From an uncultured delta proteobacterium (GTDB taxonomy: Bacteria; Desulfobacterota; Binatia; UBA9968), in NCBI GenBank assembly GCA_963755715.1, contig CAVWLW010000036.1:52117-116116 (forward strand): a DNA stretch of 64,000 nt, written 5' to 3'. The translations under genes were made by a program, and so were the position numbers. The first letter of the stretch is position 1, and each line of letters opens with the position of its first letter. Under the pieces are notes generated by a model, which was not told the DNA's origin, ran no database searches, and was given only the letters and a program-made list of their open reading frames with translations. Shown one piece after another: positions 1 through 9,387 of the stretch.

Positions 1-906
1 GATGCGCTCCATGAATTTCTGCTTGCCGCCGGGCCAGACATGGCCTGCGCCGGTCAGTTTCCAGAGATCGACTTCAGCGCCGTCGCGGCAGTGTGAATAG
101 ACGTAACGAGTAGCACTTTGACCGCTGCCCTCGCGTCCGGCGCGACGGTCGACCACTGCGGGCTCCGCTGAACAGCCGTTGTACTTCACCCAGCGCGCGA
201 TCATCTGATCTATATTGGGGTGAAACACTTGGCTCTTGGTCAGCGGAAACGGCGGTCCGAGTCCGCCGGCATATAGAGCGCGCGGGTCGTCGACGCTGTG
301 AATATGCATCACCGGGACAGCCCGCGTCGATTTCATCCCGGGCACAACCATTCCACCTGCCACCGGTGCTATAGCGGCGATCAGGTCCCCGGCTTCGGCC
401 GCGAGCCGATGCGACATCATCGCGCCATTGGAAAGTCCGGTCGCATAGATGCGGCGCCGGTCGATAGGAATCGATTCAGCCAATTTGCTGATCAGCGCGC
501 GCACGAAGCCGACATCGTCGACGTTGTTGATGACCGCGTAGGCGCAGCAGGTGCCGGCATTCCACGTCAGCAGCCGTTTGCCGAAGCGTCCGCTGCCGTT
601 GGGATAGACGGCGACGAACGTCTCACGATCGGCGAGCCGATCCATCAGTGAATATTCCTGCTCGTTGGCGCCGTGACCACCGCCGCCGTGAAAATTTAGA
701 ACGACAGGGATGTCGCGCTTGTCAATTGCGTGCGGCGGAACATGAACGATCGCACTACGCTCGCGCTTCTCATGCGTTAAAGTGATCGCGTGATCGCCGG
801 GAGAGAAATAGTCGGCGAACGCGTTCCCATCGACGAAAATAAGGCAGCCGATAATAATAACGATGAAACTGGCAGGAGATTTGAGGTATCCGAAAGGTTG
901 CGTCAT
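1..906 (-). CDS. Secreted PHB depolymerase/LpqC-family alpha/beta-hydrolase esterase (3' end runs off the window)
   Basis: Manual translation from ATG at 906 gives MTQPFGYLK..., VVLNFHGGGG, VAVYPNG, LTWNAGTCC, IYATGLSNGAMM (GxSxG nucleophile) and LWKLTGAGHVWPGG. Absent from the ORF track because no stop lies in the window. Confidence 0.85.
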   Translation of the reverse strand, partial: MTQPFGYLKSPASFIVIIIGCLIFVDGNAFADYFSPGDHAITLTHEKRERSAIVHVPPHAIDKRDIPVVLNFHGGGGHGANEQEYSLMDRLADRETFVAVYPNGSGRFGKRLLTWNAGTCCAYAVINNVDDVGFVRALISKLAESIPIDRRRIYATGLSNGAMMSHRLAAEAGDLIAAIAPVAGGMVVPGMKSTRAVPVMHIHSVDDPRALYAGGLGPPFPLTKSQVFHPNIDQMIARWVKYNGCSAEPAVVDRRAGREGSGQSATRYVYSHCRDGAEVDLWKLTGAGHVWPGGKQKFMERI

Positions 907-1015
907 GCGTCGGCTTCTCAATCGAGTGTCTGTATGAGCTCCAGCGTCGATGACGCCAACGCAAAAATTCAATGGGGGGCATTGGCCCCCCATTGGTTAA
1001 ATATCAAGTCGGAAA

Positions 1016-1378
1016 TTAATATTCGGGCCGGCGGCGAAGCTGGTCAATGTCGCGGCGCTGATTTTCAAGGTCCTGCTGATTCCGATAAATCTGCTGGTCT
1101 TGATCGTAAGCGGCATTGTCCCGTCCCTGCAGTTGATCGCCGATCAAACCGCCCGCGCCCGCGCCTAGTACCGTGCCGATCATCGCGCCCGCTAATGGAT
1201 GATGCACTGCCGAGCCGATTAGTCCGCCGACGCTGGCGCCGCCTAGCGCGCCGATACCGGCGCCCTTTTCCCGCGTCGTTAACGCTCCCCCGGCGCACCC
1301 GGTCACCAATGTGGCGGCGATAGCGATAGTCGCAATAAGTGAGGAACTTCTTTTCAGAGCACTCGCGTTAGCATTCAT
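1016..1378 (-). CDS. Glycine-zipper lipoprotein
   Basis: Lipobox LVTGC; repeated GxxxG (GAGIGALGGASVGGLIG...GAGAGGLIG); RBS GGAGG upstream. Confidence 0.8.
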   Translation of the reverse strand: MNANASALKRSSSLIATIAIAATLVTGCAGGALTTREKGAGIGALGGASVGGLIGSAVHHPLAGAMIGTVLGAGAGGLIGDQLQGRDNAAYDQDQQIYRNQQDLENQRRDIDQLRRRPEY

Positions 1379-1497
1379 GGCATTGAGCCTCCTTGAACCC
1401 TTAGACGCGGCAGCGCCAATTTTGTTTACGCGAGTTAACTTGTCAGAAGCACAGGAAAACTGACAAATGGGGCCAGAAATGCGGGAAGCGAGCCGAG

Positions 1498-2283
1498 TTA
1501 GCGCATCTTTTCAATCGTCGCGATGCGCTCGTCGAGCCCTGGGTGCGTGGATAGAAATCCCCCGCCGGCGCTGCCGGAAACTCGGCGAATCCAGGTAAGC
1601 GCATCGAGCATCGTGTCTTTGGAATATCCGGCGCGGCGCAGGATATCGACGCCATGACGGTCCGCGGCATACTCTTCAGTGCGACCATAACCGCGCGCCA
1701 CGAGCTCGCCCGCGATAGGCGCAAGCACGCCGGCCGCCGGAAATAACTGCTGCAGTCCGGCGCTCAAAATATTGAGTCCCGCACCAAGCACCTGTGCTTT
1801 CGCCACGTGGCCGAGATCTTCGTGGGCGATCTCATGCGCCAACACACCGCGCAGCTGATCGTCGTTGGCGCGACGCAAAAGTCCCGCGGTGATGTAGAAC
1901 TCGCAATTACCCGCGTTGGCGGCATTGATCTCATTTTGATTGATGATGCCCACCCGCACTTGGTCGGCCCGGCAAGGATGATCCATCGCCTGGAGAAGCG
2001 GTATCATCACTCGACGCAAACGTTCGGCGTCAGCAGAGTCGAGGCGCCGCGATGGGGGCGGGGGTGCCGATGAGTAGTCGTCCCTCTGGCTGGGAGCCCG
2101 GCGGCTCGGCGCGGGTGCAGGGACGACACAGGCGGACAAGGTCGCCGCCAAGAACAGCAAAGCTACAATGACAGTTCCTGGTTTCGGACTTCCGGTTTCT
2201 AGTTTTCGTCCAATCGGGAACTTGTAAGTGGTGACTAGAAACCGCGATCCAGACTTTCTATTCACTCTAGGCTGATACAACAT
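1498..2283 (-). CDS. M48-family zinc metallopeptidase lipoprotein (true start may be downstream)
   Basis: INAAN, LAHEIAH (HExxH), EEYAADRHG and FLSTHP motifs; lipobox LSAC. Confidence 0.85.
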   Translation of the reverse strand: MLYQPRVNRKSGSRFLVTTYKFPIGRKLETGSPKPGTVIVALLFLAATLSACVVPAPAPSRRAPSQRDDYSSAPPPPSRRLDSADAERLRRVMIPLLQAMDHPCRADQVRVGIINQNEINAANAGNCEFYITAGLLRRANDDQLRGVLAHEIAHEDLGHVAKAQVLGAGLNILSAGLQQLFPAAGVLAPIAGELVARGYGRTEEYAADRHGVDILRRAGYSKDTMLDALTWIRRVSGSAGGGFLSTHPGLDERIATIEKMR

Positions 2284-2298
2284 CGAACCAACTCTCGT

Positions 2299-3171
2299 TT
2301 AAGACGCCGGGCGGCGCGTCTCGGACGCGGTCGCCTCCGTTCGACTTTTGTTGTCTTGCACCAGATCCAAATACACAGTGCCGAATACGATCTTGCTGCT
2401 GAGCTTGATCGGCAGGCGGCGCGCATCCGCCGAAATCCAAATCGTCGCTTCGTTTAAGCGCCCGGCGTAGCCTCTTTTGGTTATGTTTTGGATGCGCGGG
2501 ATGATCCGATAGGCTTCGACGGTTTTACCCGACGCAAGCTCCACCGGTTCTTTTTTCTCGACGAATAATTCGAGCAGATACTGGTAGCGCCCGCCGAAGA
2601 CTTTGAAATAAAGTCGATCACCAACTTTGAAGTCCGAGCTCCGGGCTAAATACACCGCCGTAATCGGATCGAGAGTATTTTGCGCGTCGAACTGATAGAT
2701 TTTCGGCTGTTTACCGACCTGCTGGCGATTGACTGCCCACTTTTTAGTCGTCTGATCCAGCCGGGCTTCGGTGTCGATCACTCTGGAATTTTCTCGCTGA
2801 CTAAAGCTAAAGTGCGAAGGGAAAAGCGCCTTGGCGTCGAATGTCGAGCTGATCGAGTCGCGCATCTTCCATATAAAGTCGAGCACCCTCGAAGTTTTTG
2901 CTTCGACCCGCACTTGGTACACTTTTTTCCCGCCGATAACCGTCGGGATCGTGTGAACTTCGGCGGTCGCCACTGCGATCATGCCGTTCCAACTGGCCAA
3001 ATAGACTTCCTTTTCACCGCCTTCAAAAGGAAAATATTTCGGTTGGTAAGCCGGCACCGCCTCGGGCTTGATCATCGGGGGGTCGGCTGCGGGAGTTGGA
3101 AACGCGTAAACGCCAATCATGACAAGCGCAAGCGCGCCCAAGACATTCATCTTGAATCTATGTTTTGACAT
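2299..3171 (-). CDS. DUF3108-family exported protein
   Basis: Signal peptide; LDPITAVYLAR and IWISADARRLPIKL...FGTV motifs typical of DUF3108. Confidence 0.7.
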   Translation of the reverse strand: MSKHRFKMNVLGALALVMIGVYAFPTPAADPPMIKPEAVPAYQPKYFPFEGGEKEVYLASWNGMIAVATAEVHTIPTVIGGKKVYQVRVEAKTSRVLDFIWKMRDSISSTFDAKALFPSHFSFSQRENSRVIDTEARLDQTTKKWAVNRQQVGKQPKIYQFDAQNTLDPITAVYLARSSDFKVGDRLYFKVFGGRYQYLLELFVEKKEPVELASGKTVEAYRIIPRIQNITKRGYAGRLNEATIWISADARRLPIKLSSKIVFGTVYLDLVQDNKSRTEATASETRRPAS

Positions 3172-3371
3172 GGCAACTTCTTAGACGATTCGACCGGCGA
3201 ATCGTTTATGTCCACAGTACCATAAAACCTGCCTATTTTAATATTTAATATCACTGCGCCAACTCCCGTCGCGGCATCGCTACCGGCACAATTTCGGTGC
3301 AATGTCTGAAATAAAATTGCAGCCGCCGAGCAATTTGGCTACTATCGGGGAGATCTTGGGGAGGATCTCTC

Positions 3372-4538
3372 GTGAAAAGATGCGATGCGCGGATACTCAA
3401 GCTCTTGCTGGCATGGCTTATCACCGCTTCACTGCATTGGCCGGTATCGGCTCAAGAAGCCGGACAGTCCGTCGCTCCGCCGGCGACGTCGACCCTGCCG
3501 AGCCGTCAAGCCATTAAAGATTGCCTGAACACGGCGCGCGGCGCGGAGTGTCTCGACCAACTTTTTCGCCAAACTCTAAAAGACCATTCGACCGTCGAGG
3601 CGCTGGGGCTGATCGCGCGTTTGGAGGCGGAAGATCCGGAGCTCAGACGCGATTGCCATCCGGTCGTCCACGCTATTGGCCGGGAAACTTATCGGATCAA
3701 GGGCAACATCCACGACTCGTTTCTCGCTTGCGATCAGACCTGCCATTCGGGCTGCTATCACGGCTCGGTGGAACGCTTTCTGCGCGGCGAGGAGATCTAC
3801 GCCCAAATCGACAAACATCCGAGCACCGCTGAACTGAAACAAAAGACCGCGATCGCCTGCGATCCAAAAGTTCCGTATCGCTTCCGTTTTCAATGTTTGC
3901 ATGGCCTCGGCCATGCCCTGCTGTTTTTCTCCCGCTACCAGTTGGCTCAGTCCCTGGAAGTCTGCGACAGCCTGCCGGAGGAATGGAGCCGCAACTCCTG
4001 CTACGGCGGCGTGTTCATGGAAAATGTTTTCAATGCCACGCCGGAAACGCGCGACTTGAGCCCGACCGATTATCACTACCCGTGCGATAAATTGGCTACC
4101 CAATACCGCGGCGAGTGTTACGTCATGCAAACCTCGCGTATGACGGAAATGGGACTCGGCACCGAAGCCATTTTTAAGGAATGTGAAAACGCCGGCGAGT
4201 TTCGCGAGCAATGCATGCTCTCCATCGGCCGCGACTTATCCAACGACGTGCGCTTCGGTGACACCGCAACGGCGCAAAAATGCGAGCTCGTAAACGGCGC
4301 CGGCCGGCGCGCCTGCATACGCGGCGTCGTCTACGCCTTGATCGATAACACTTGGGATGGTCGCTACGCCTTGCCGTTCTGCGCCGCGTTTAGCCAAGAG
4401 AGCGACCAGAGCGCCTGCTTCGAGCTCAGCGCGCAATATTTGAAAGGCACGTTTGAAAAACCGCCTGCCGAAATAAGCCAGGAATGCTCGAGGTACTTGA
4501 GTCGACCCGCCCGCTGTGCCGATCTCGCAACGCGCTGA
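3372..4538 (+). CDS. Exported Cys/His-rich repeat protein of unknown function
   Basis: Signal peptide; about 20 Cys; motifs CHPVVHAIG, CHSGCYHG, CLHGLGH, CYGGVFME. Confidence 0.75.
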   Translation: MKRCDARILKLLLAWLITASLHWPVSAQEAGQSVAPPATSTLPSRQAIKDCLNTARGAECLDQLFRQTLKDHSTVEALGLIARLEAEDPELRRDCHPVVHAIGRETYRIKGNIHDSFLACDQTCHSGCYHGSVERFLRGEEIYAQIDKHPSTAELKQKTAIACDPKVPYRFRFQCLHGLGHALLFFSRYQLAQSLEVCDSLPEEWSRNSCYGGVFMENVFNATPETRDLSPTDYHYPCDKLATQYRGECYVMQTSRMTEMGLGTEAIFKECENAGEFREQCMLSIGRDLSNDVRFGDTATAQKCELVNGAGRRACIRGVVYALIDNTWDGRYALPFCAAFSQESDQSACFELSAQYLKGTFEKPPAEISQECSRYLSRPARCADLATR

Positions 4539-4769
4539 TCAGACAGCCAGCGCGAACGTTTGTGATATCATAAATAGTAGTTGCCACCAGCTGAGGTAAG
4601 TGCAAGAGTAAAATAGAGGGTGCGAAATTGAAGTTCGCTCACTATGTTTCCACTCCAGGGCGGCGCGCTTCGTCCTTTGCAAAAACCGATTATAAGCACC
4701 CGCACGCCAACAAACTCGCGGCGCATTTCAGCCAAACTAGACCCTTAGATAATCTTCCGTGAGTCAAAG

Positions 4770-5162
4770 ATGGTTACGGATCCGCCGCTTTTATTGCTGG
4801 TCGACGACGAGATGGGCGTGCGTGAATCCCTAAAAATGGTTTTCGGCAAAGTTTTCCGGTTGTTGGAAGCTGACAATATAGATGTCGCAATCGCTCAAGT
4901 GCGCGCCGCACATCCCGCCGTCGTGCTTCTCGACGTCTTGATGCCGAAAGCCGATGGCATCGAAGTGCTCCGGCGCATTAAAGAAATCGACCCCGGCTGC
5001 GCGGTCATTATGTTGACCGGCGTCAACTCCCAACAATTAGCGGCCAAAGCGATGGACTGCGGCGCCTTCGATTTTATCGGTAAGCCGTTCGATGTCGTTG
5101 ATCTGCGTCAAAAAGTGGCGCGCGCCCTCGAACACGTTGGATCAGGAACACCGTCCCCATAG
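4770..5162 (+). CDS. Single-domain response regulator (receiver)
   Basis: LLVDDE, LLDVLMP (phospho-Asp), MLTG and FIGKPF motifs. Confidence 0.9.
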   Translation: MVTDPPLLLLVDDEMGVRESLKMVFGKVFRLLEADNIDVAIAQVRAAHPAVVLLDVLMPKADGIEVLRRIKEIDPGCAVIMLTGVNSQQLAAKAMDCGAFDFIGKPFDVVDLRQKVARALEHVGSGTPSP

Positions 5163-5179
5163 CCGCTAGCACTAAGAAA

Positions 5180-5830
5180 ATGACCGTGCCAGCTTCGTCG
5201 ACGGTCGCCAAGACATGGCGATCGCTCAATCTCATCCTGTTCGCCGCGTTACTTATCGCCGGGTGCGCCCGCCTTAAACAGTGCGCCTACGAAGGCTTTA
5301 ACCGCGACCACTGGCAGCAACCCGATAAGGTCATCAGCGCGCTCCACCTCCAACCCGGAAATATCGTCGCCGACCTCGGTTCGGGCGGCGGCTATTTTAC
5401 TTTCAAGCTGGCGCAAGCGGTCGCCCCCACCGGAAAAGTGTATGCGGTGGATATCGATCGAGAGATGGTCGCCTTGATCGGCGAGCGCGCGAAAAACGAA
5501 GCTCCGTCAATCGTCGAAGCCATTCTCGCAAAACCAGACGATCCGGCCCTTCCCGCTACCGGCGTCGATGTGATTTTTACTGCGAATACCTATCATCACA
5601 TCGACAACCGAGTGACGTACTTTGCAAACCTACGCAGGTATCTTCGTCCCGGCGGCAAAGTCGCTATCATCGACTTTGACCGTCGCGCTTGGCTGGAAGG
5701 ACTGATGCGACACTACACGCCCGCTGAGTTCATTCAACGGGAGATGGAACAGGCGGGGTATGTTCTACAGCAGGATCTCGACTTTCTCGACCGGCAATCG
5801 TTTCTGGTTTTCACCGTTAAGGTTAGATAA
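5180..5830 (+). CDS. Class I SAM-dependent methyltransferase
   Basis: VADLGSGGGYF motif I, VYAVDID, LRPGGKVAIIDF. Confidence 0.85.
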   Translation: MTVPASSTVAKTWRSLNLILFAALLIAGCARLKQCAYEGFNRDHWQQPDKVISALHLQPGNIVADLGSGGGYFTFKLAQAVAPTGKVYAVDIDREMVALIGERAKNEAPSIVEAILAKPDDPALPATGVDVIFTANTYHHIDNRVTYFANLRRYLRPGGKVAIIDFDRRAWLEGLMRHYTPAEFIQREMEQAGYVLQQDLDFLDRQSFLVFTVKVR

Positions 5831-6034
5831 GAGCCGAACTCTTGGCAATTGCGAGGCTTAGTTGAAATAGCGCGCGGCAGGTACGGCGCGAGCAAACGAA
5901 CGCGCGCCACGCCTGCGCGCACTGCCGTAAACAGGCGAGCGCGCAGACGTGGACGAGAAATTTAGAATTACCAACCGGTGGGACGAATCGTTGGCCGTGC
6001 GCGCAAAGAAGCTACGTCGATTAGAATGCGCGTA

Positions 6035-6298
6035 CTAGCGGTCCGGAGCAATTTCACTAATTTTTGGCTGGCCATCTTTTTCGCTGAAAGTCACGATCAC
6101 CTTGGCGCCTTCTTTGACATTCTCGACGCCCTTGGTCTCTTTGGTCGTAAAGAGAGTCTCCTCGCCCCTTTCCGTTTTGAGTACGATTTGATTCTCCGAC
6201 GGCTTGACCTTCAGCACAGTTCCTTTCAGCTCGGCCGCGTTCGCAGCCAATCCGAACAGTAAAAGAAATATCGAGAGTGTGATGGCTTTACGCATCAC
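6035..6298 (-). CDS. Small exported beta-rich (OB-fold-like) protein
   Basis: Signal peptide ending ANA-AE; KGTVLKV...VKEGAKVIVTF; RBS GGGAG upstream. Confidence 0.65.
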   Translation of the reverse strand: MMRKAITLSIFLLLFGLAANAAELKGTVLKVKPSENQIVLKTERGEETLFTTKETKGVENVKEGAKVIVTFSEKDGQPKISEIAPDR

Positions 6299-6395
6299 TT
6301 ACTCCCGTCGATTTGATCGACGCGCCTATTAGCCTTCCGATTTAGCGGCATTCGATTTTTGTTCCGGCGTAGACCCTGTTGTTCCGGTATCGCCG

Positions 6396-6566
6396 CTATT
6401 CTGGGGAAGAGCTTGGCTGGTCGGGTGTCGACTTTTCCGGCGCCGGCGCAGGAGCCGAGCCGACCGAGGCTGGCGGTTCTTCAGACTTTTTTTCACATCC
6501 GCCCAGCGATAATGCCAGCCCGAGGGTTGCGCCCGCAAGCCAGATCAATTTTGTGTTATTTTTCAT
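6396..6566 (-). CDS. Small lipoprotein (56 aa; possibly extends to 6329 across a frameshift)
   Basis: RBS AGAGGAGG, then MKNNTKLIWLAGATLGLALSLGGCEKKSEEPPA...; lipobox LGGC. Below the ORF-track size cutoff. Confidence 0.65.
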   Translation of the reverse strand: MKNNTKLIWLAGATLGLALSLGGCEKKSEEPPASVGSAPAPAPEKSTPDQPSSSPE

Positions 6567-6673
6567 TACTGCCTCCTCTTGGAATAATTACATCAAAAAA
6601 ATCATCCGCCGACTGGAACAGTGCCAAAGAACCGCACGGCTCGCGTGAACCGACCCGAGAATCTGCTCCGCCC

Positions 6674-6835
6674 TCAACGCGCCCTGCGATTGGTCGAGCT
6701 GTTGATTAAGTCCGAGAGAATATAAGCAACCAGCTCGTAACTCATTTTGTCATCGTGCACCTGCCGCTCCGCGGCGTCGGTTAAAGCCACGATAAAATCG
6801 CCCAAAGTTGTTTCAAGTTTACCGGTGAGCGCCAT
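6674..6835 (-). CDS. Small hypothetical protein (53 aa)
   Basis: RBS GGAGGT just before ATG; MALTGKLETTLGDFIVALTDAAERQVHDDKMSYELVAYILSDLINSSTNRRAR with amphipathic helical pattern. Confidence 0.6.
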   Translation of the reverse strand: MALTGKLETTLGDFIVALTDAAERQVHDDKMSYELVAYILSDLINSSTNRRAR

Positions 6836-7383
6836 GTCCACCTCCGCGAAATTACCTACCGCAAACCGCGGCGTTTAAAAACGTCGATATAAAAATGCAT
6901 CAAACCATTCCCTCCACCCTGATTAGGTGGAGGTTCAGTCCATGTCCCGTTCAGATCTCGATGATATTTCCAAGAAACAGGAGACGCGCACTGCCGCGCT
7001 ATCAAGAGCGAGTGTCCGCAAGGGCTATACCAGCGCCTCACTCAAACCGTAAAGGCGCCAAAAATAAAAATATTTAGCAACTAGAAGACAGCGCGCATTT
7101 TTAGGTTTGTATGGGAATACCTTCGTAGTGTACTAAGAACAGTACGTTTCTCGATAGTAAAAGACTTCCTGTCAACCTTTGGTGACAGTTTTAAGTTTTT
7201 CGTCGTCCTGGCTAAATAAACAATTGTAAATATAGTCGCGCGCTGTGTCGAAATGCGTTTTAATAAATAATTTTTTTGCTCCAGGCCAAGCCAACCGCCG
7301 TGAAAATAATTTTGCCCACGGCAGTCCTTCGACCTTGCTCCCCTGGAGGAAAATAGGTAATTTACCCACGAACCGGAGCTTTC

Positions 7384-9384
7384 TTGACGACGACCTACAT
7401 TCTCAAAAATTCCATACCAACCGATCGCAACAGCTCAGGGCTCGATTACCGTAATGAGCTTAACCCAGCGCAGCATGAGGCGGCGACCGCTATGGAAGGC
7501 CCGCTGCTCATTATTGCCGGCGCGGGGACGGGTAAGACTCGAACTCTGGTTTATCGCGTCGCCCATCTGATCGATCAGGGCGTCGATCCGCGCTCGATCC
7601 TGCTCCTCACCTTCACGCGCCGTGCCGCCGAGGAAATGCTTCGGCGCGCCAGTCTTTTGATCGATAGCCGGTGTAGCCAAGTTGCCGGTGGCACCTTCCA
7701 CTCCTTTGCCAACCTAGTCCTGCGCAAGTCCGGCCGCCATATCGGTCTGTCGCCGTCGTTCACTATTATGGACCGGCCCGATAGCGAAGACGTGATTCAA
7801 TTGATTCGCACGGACATGGGGCTCAACCTCAAAGAAAAACGCTTTCCGCGCAAACAGACTGTGGCGGAGATTTTCAGCATGACGCTGAACAAGCACACGC
7901 CGCTCAGCGATTTGCTCGAGCTGGAATATCCCCACCTGGTCGACGTCAATTTTGAGCTCGCCGAGCTTTTCCGCCGCTACATCGATTATAAACGCACCAA
8001 GTCGCTGGTCGATTATGACGATCTCTTGACCGGGTTGCGCGACCTACTGGCCGATCACGCCGAAGTGCGCCAGCGGCTCTCCGACACTTACCGCTTCATC
8101 ATGGTCGACGAATACCAGGACACCAATCACTTGCAGGCGGAAATCGTCCGGCTGCTCGCCGCGACTCACGACAACGTCGCGGTGGTCGGCGACGACGCGC
8201 AAAGCATTTATTCGTTCCGCGGCGCCAATTTTCGCAACATCATGGATTTTCCCAAACACTTCCCCGGCGCGCGTATCATCAAGCTCGAAGAAAACTACCG
8301 CAGCACTCAACCGATTTTGAATCTGACCAACGAGATCATTCAGCGCGCCAAAGAAGGCTACGACAAGCGCCTGTTCACCAGCAAAAGCTCGGGCGCGCGT
8401 CCCAAGCTCGTCCAGGCCGGCAGCGAGCAGATGCAGTCGCAATTTGTCTGTCAGAAAATTCTCGAACTGCGCGAGGAGGGCGTGCCGCTGTGGGACATCG
8501 CCGTGCTGTTTCGCTCGAGCTTCCATTCCTTCGATCTGGAAGTCGAACTGACGCGGCACAAAATTCCGTTCGTCAAACGCGGTGGTTTTCAATTCATGGA
8601 AACCACCCATGTGAAAGATCTGCTGGCTCATTTGCGCGTTTTAGCCAACCCGCAGGACACGATTTCCTGGAACCGCATCTTACTCTTGCTCGAAGGCATC
8701 GGCCCGGGCGCCGCTCAAAAAATCACCAAATGGCTCCTCGGCGGCCAAAATGCCGTCGAGCGGCTGCGCTCCTACCAAGCCAAAGGCAAAGTCGCTCAGG
8801 AGCTGAGAACGCTTGCCCAAGTGCTCGAAGAAGCCGCACACGCCGAGTTGCCGCAGGAGCAAATGCAGTATCTGCTGCAGTATTACGTGCCCCTACTCAA
8901 GCAGAATCACCCGGACGACCATCCCAAACGTCTGCGCGACCTGGAGCATTTTCAGGGCATGATGGAACGCTACCGAAGCCTCGAAACTTTGCTGAGCGAC
9001 ATGGCGCTCGAGCCGCCCAACGACAGCATCGGCGGCGTGCTGGCGGTCGATCCCGACGAGGGGCCGTTGGTTTTGTCGACCATTCATTCGGCCAAAGGAT
9101 TGGAATTTCACTCGGTGTTTATTATCTGGGCTTTGGAAGGACGATTTCCGTCGTTTTACAACCTAAACTCCGATGAAGATTTGGAAGAAGAGCGCCGTCT
9201 GCTCTACGTCGCAGCCACCCGCGCCAAACAAAATCTTTTTATGAGCTATCCGAACCGGGTTTTCGATAAGACATTGCGCATGGTTCTGTCCCGCCCGTCA
9301 CAATTTATCGACGGAATATCGTCGAGACTACTCGAACCGGTCGCCCTCGTCCCCGAGGGATCTTACTGGGATTGGGAGAGTTAG
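7384..9384 (+). CDS. UvrD/PcrA/Rep-family SF1 ATP-dependent DNA helicase
   Basis: LNPAQ, AGAGTGKT, LTFT, VDEYQDTN, VGDDAQSIYSFRGA, LEENYRST, STIHSAKGLE, EERRLLYVAATRA. Confidence 0.95.
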   Translation: MTTTYILKNSIPTDRNSSGLDYRNELNPAQHEAATAMEGPLLIIAGAGTGKTRTLVYRVAHLIDQGVDPRSILLLTFTRRAAEEMLRRASLLIDSRCSQVAGGTFHSFANLVLRKSGRHIGLSPSFTIMDRPDSEDVIQLIRTDMGLNLKEKRFPRKQTVAEIFSMTLNKHTPLSDLLELEYPHLVDVNFELAELFRRYIDYKRTKSLVDYDDLLTGLRDLLADHAEVRQRLSDTYRFIMVDEYQDTNHLQAEIVRLLAATHDNVAVVGDDAQSIYSFRGANFRNIMDFPKHFPGARIIKLEENYRSTQPILNLTNEIIQRAKEGYDKRLFTSKSSGARPKLVQAGSEQMQSQFVCQKILELREEGVPLWDIAVLFRSSFHSFDLEVELTRHKIPFVKRGGFQFMETTHVKDLLAHLRVLANPQDTISWNRILLLLEGIGPGAAQKITKWLLGGQNAVERLRSYQAKGKVAQELRTLAQVLEEAAHAELPQEQMQYLLQYYVPLLKQNHPDDHPKRLRDLEHFQGMMERYRSLETLLSDMALEPPNDSIGGVLAVDPDEGPLVLSTIHSAKGLEFHSVFIIWALEGRFPSFYNLNSDEDLEEERRLLYVAATRAKQNLFMSYPNRVFDKTLRMVLSRPSQFIDGISSRLLEPVALVPEGSYWDWES

Positions 9385-9387
9385 AAG

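Noticed and set aside
7060-7380. Replication origin
   Set aside because: No TTATCCACA boxes seen and no dnaA/dnaN context.
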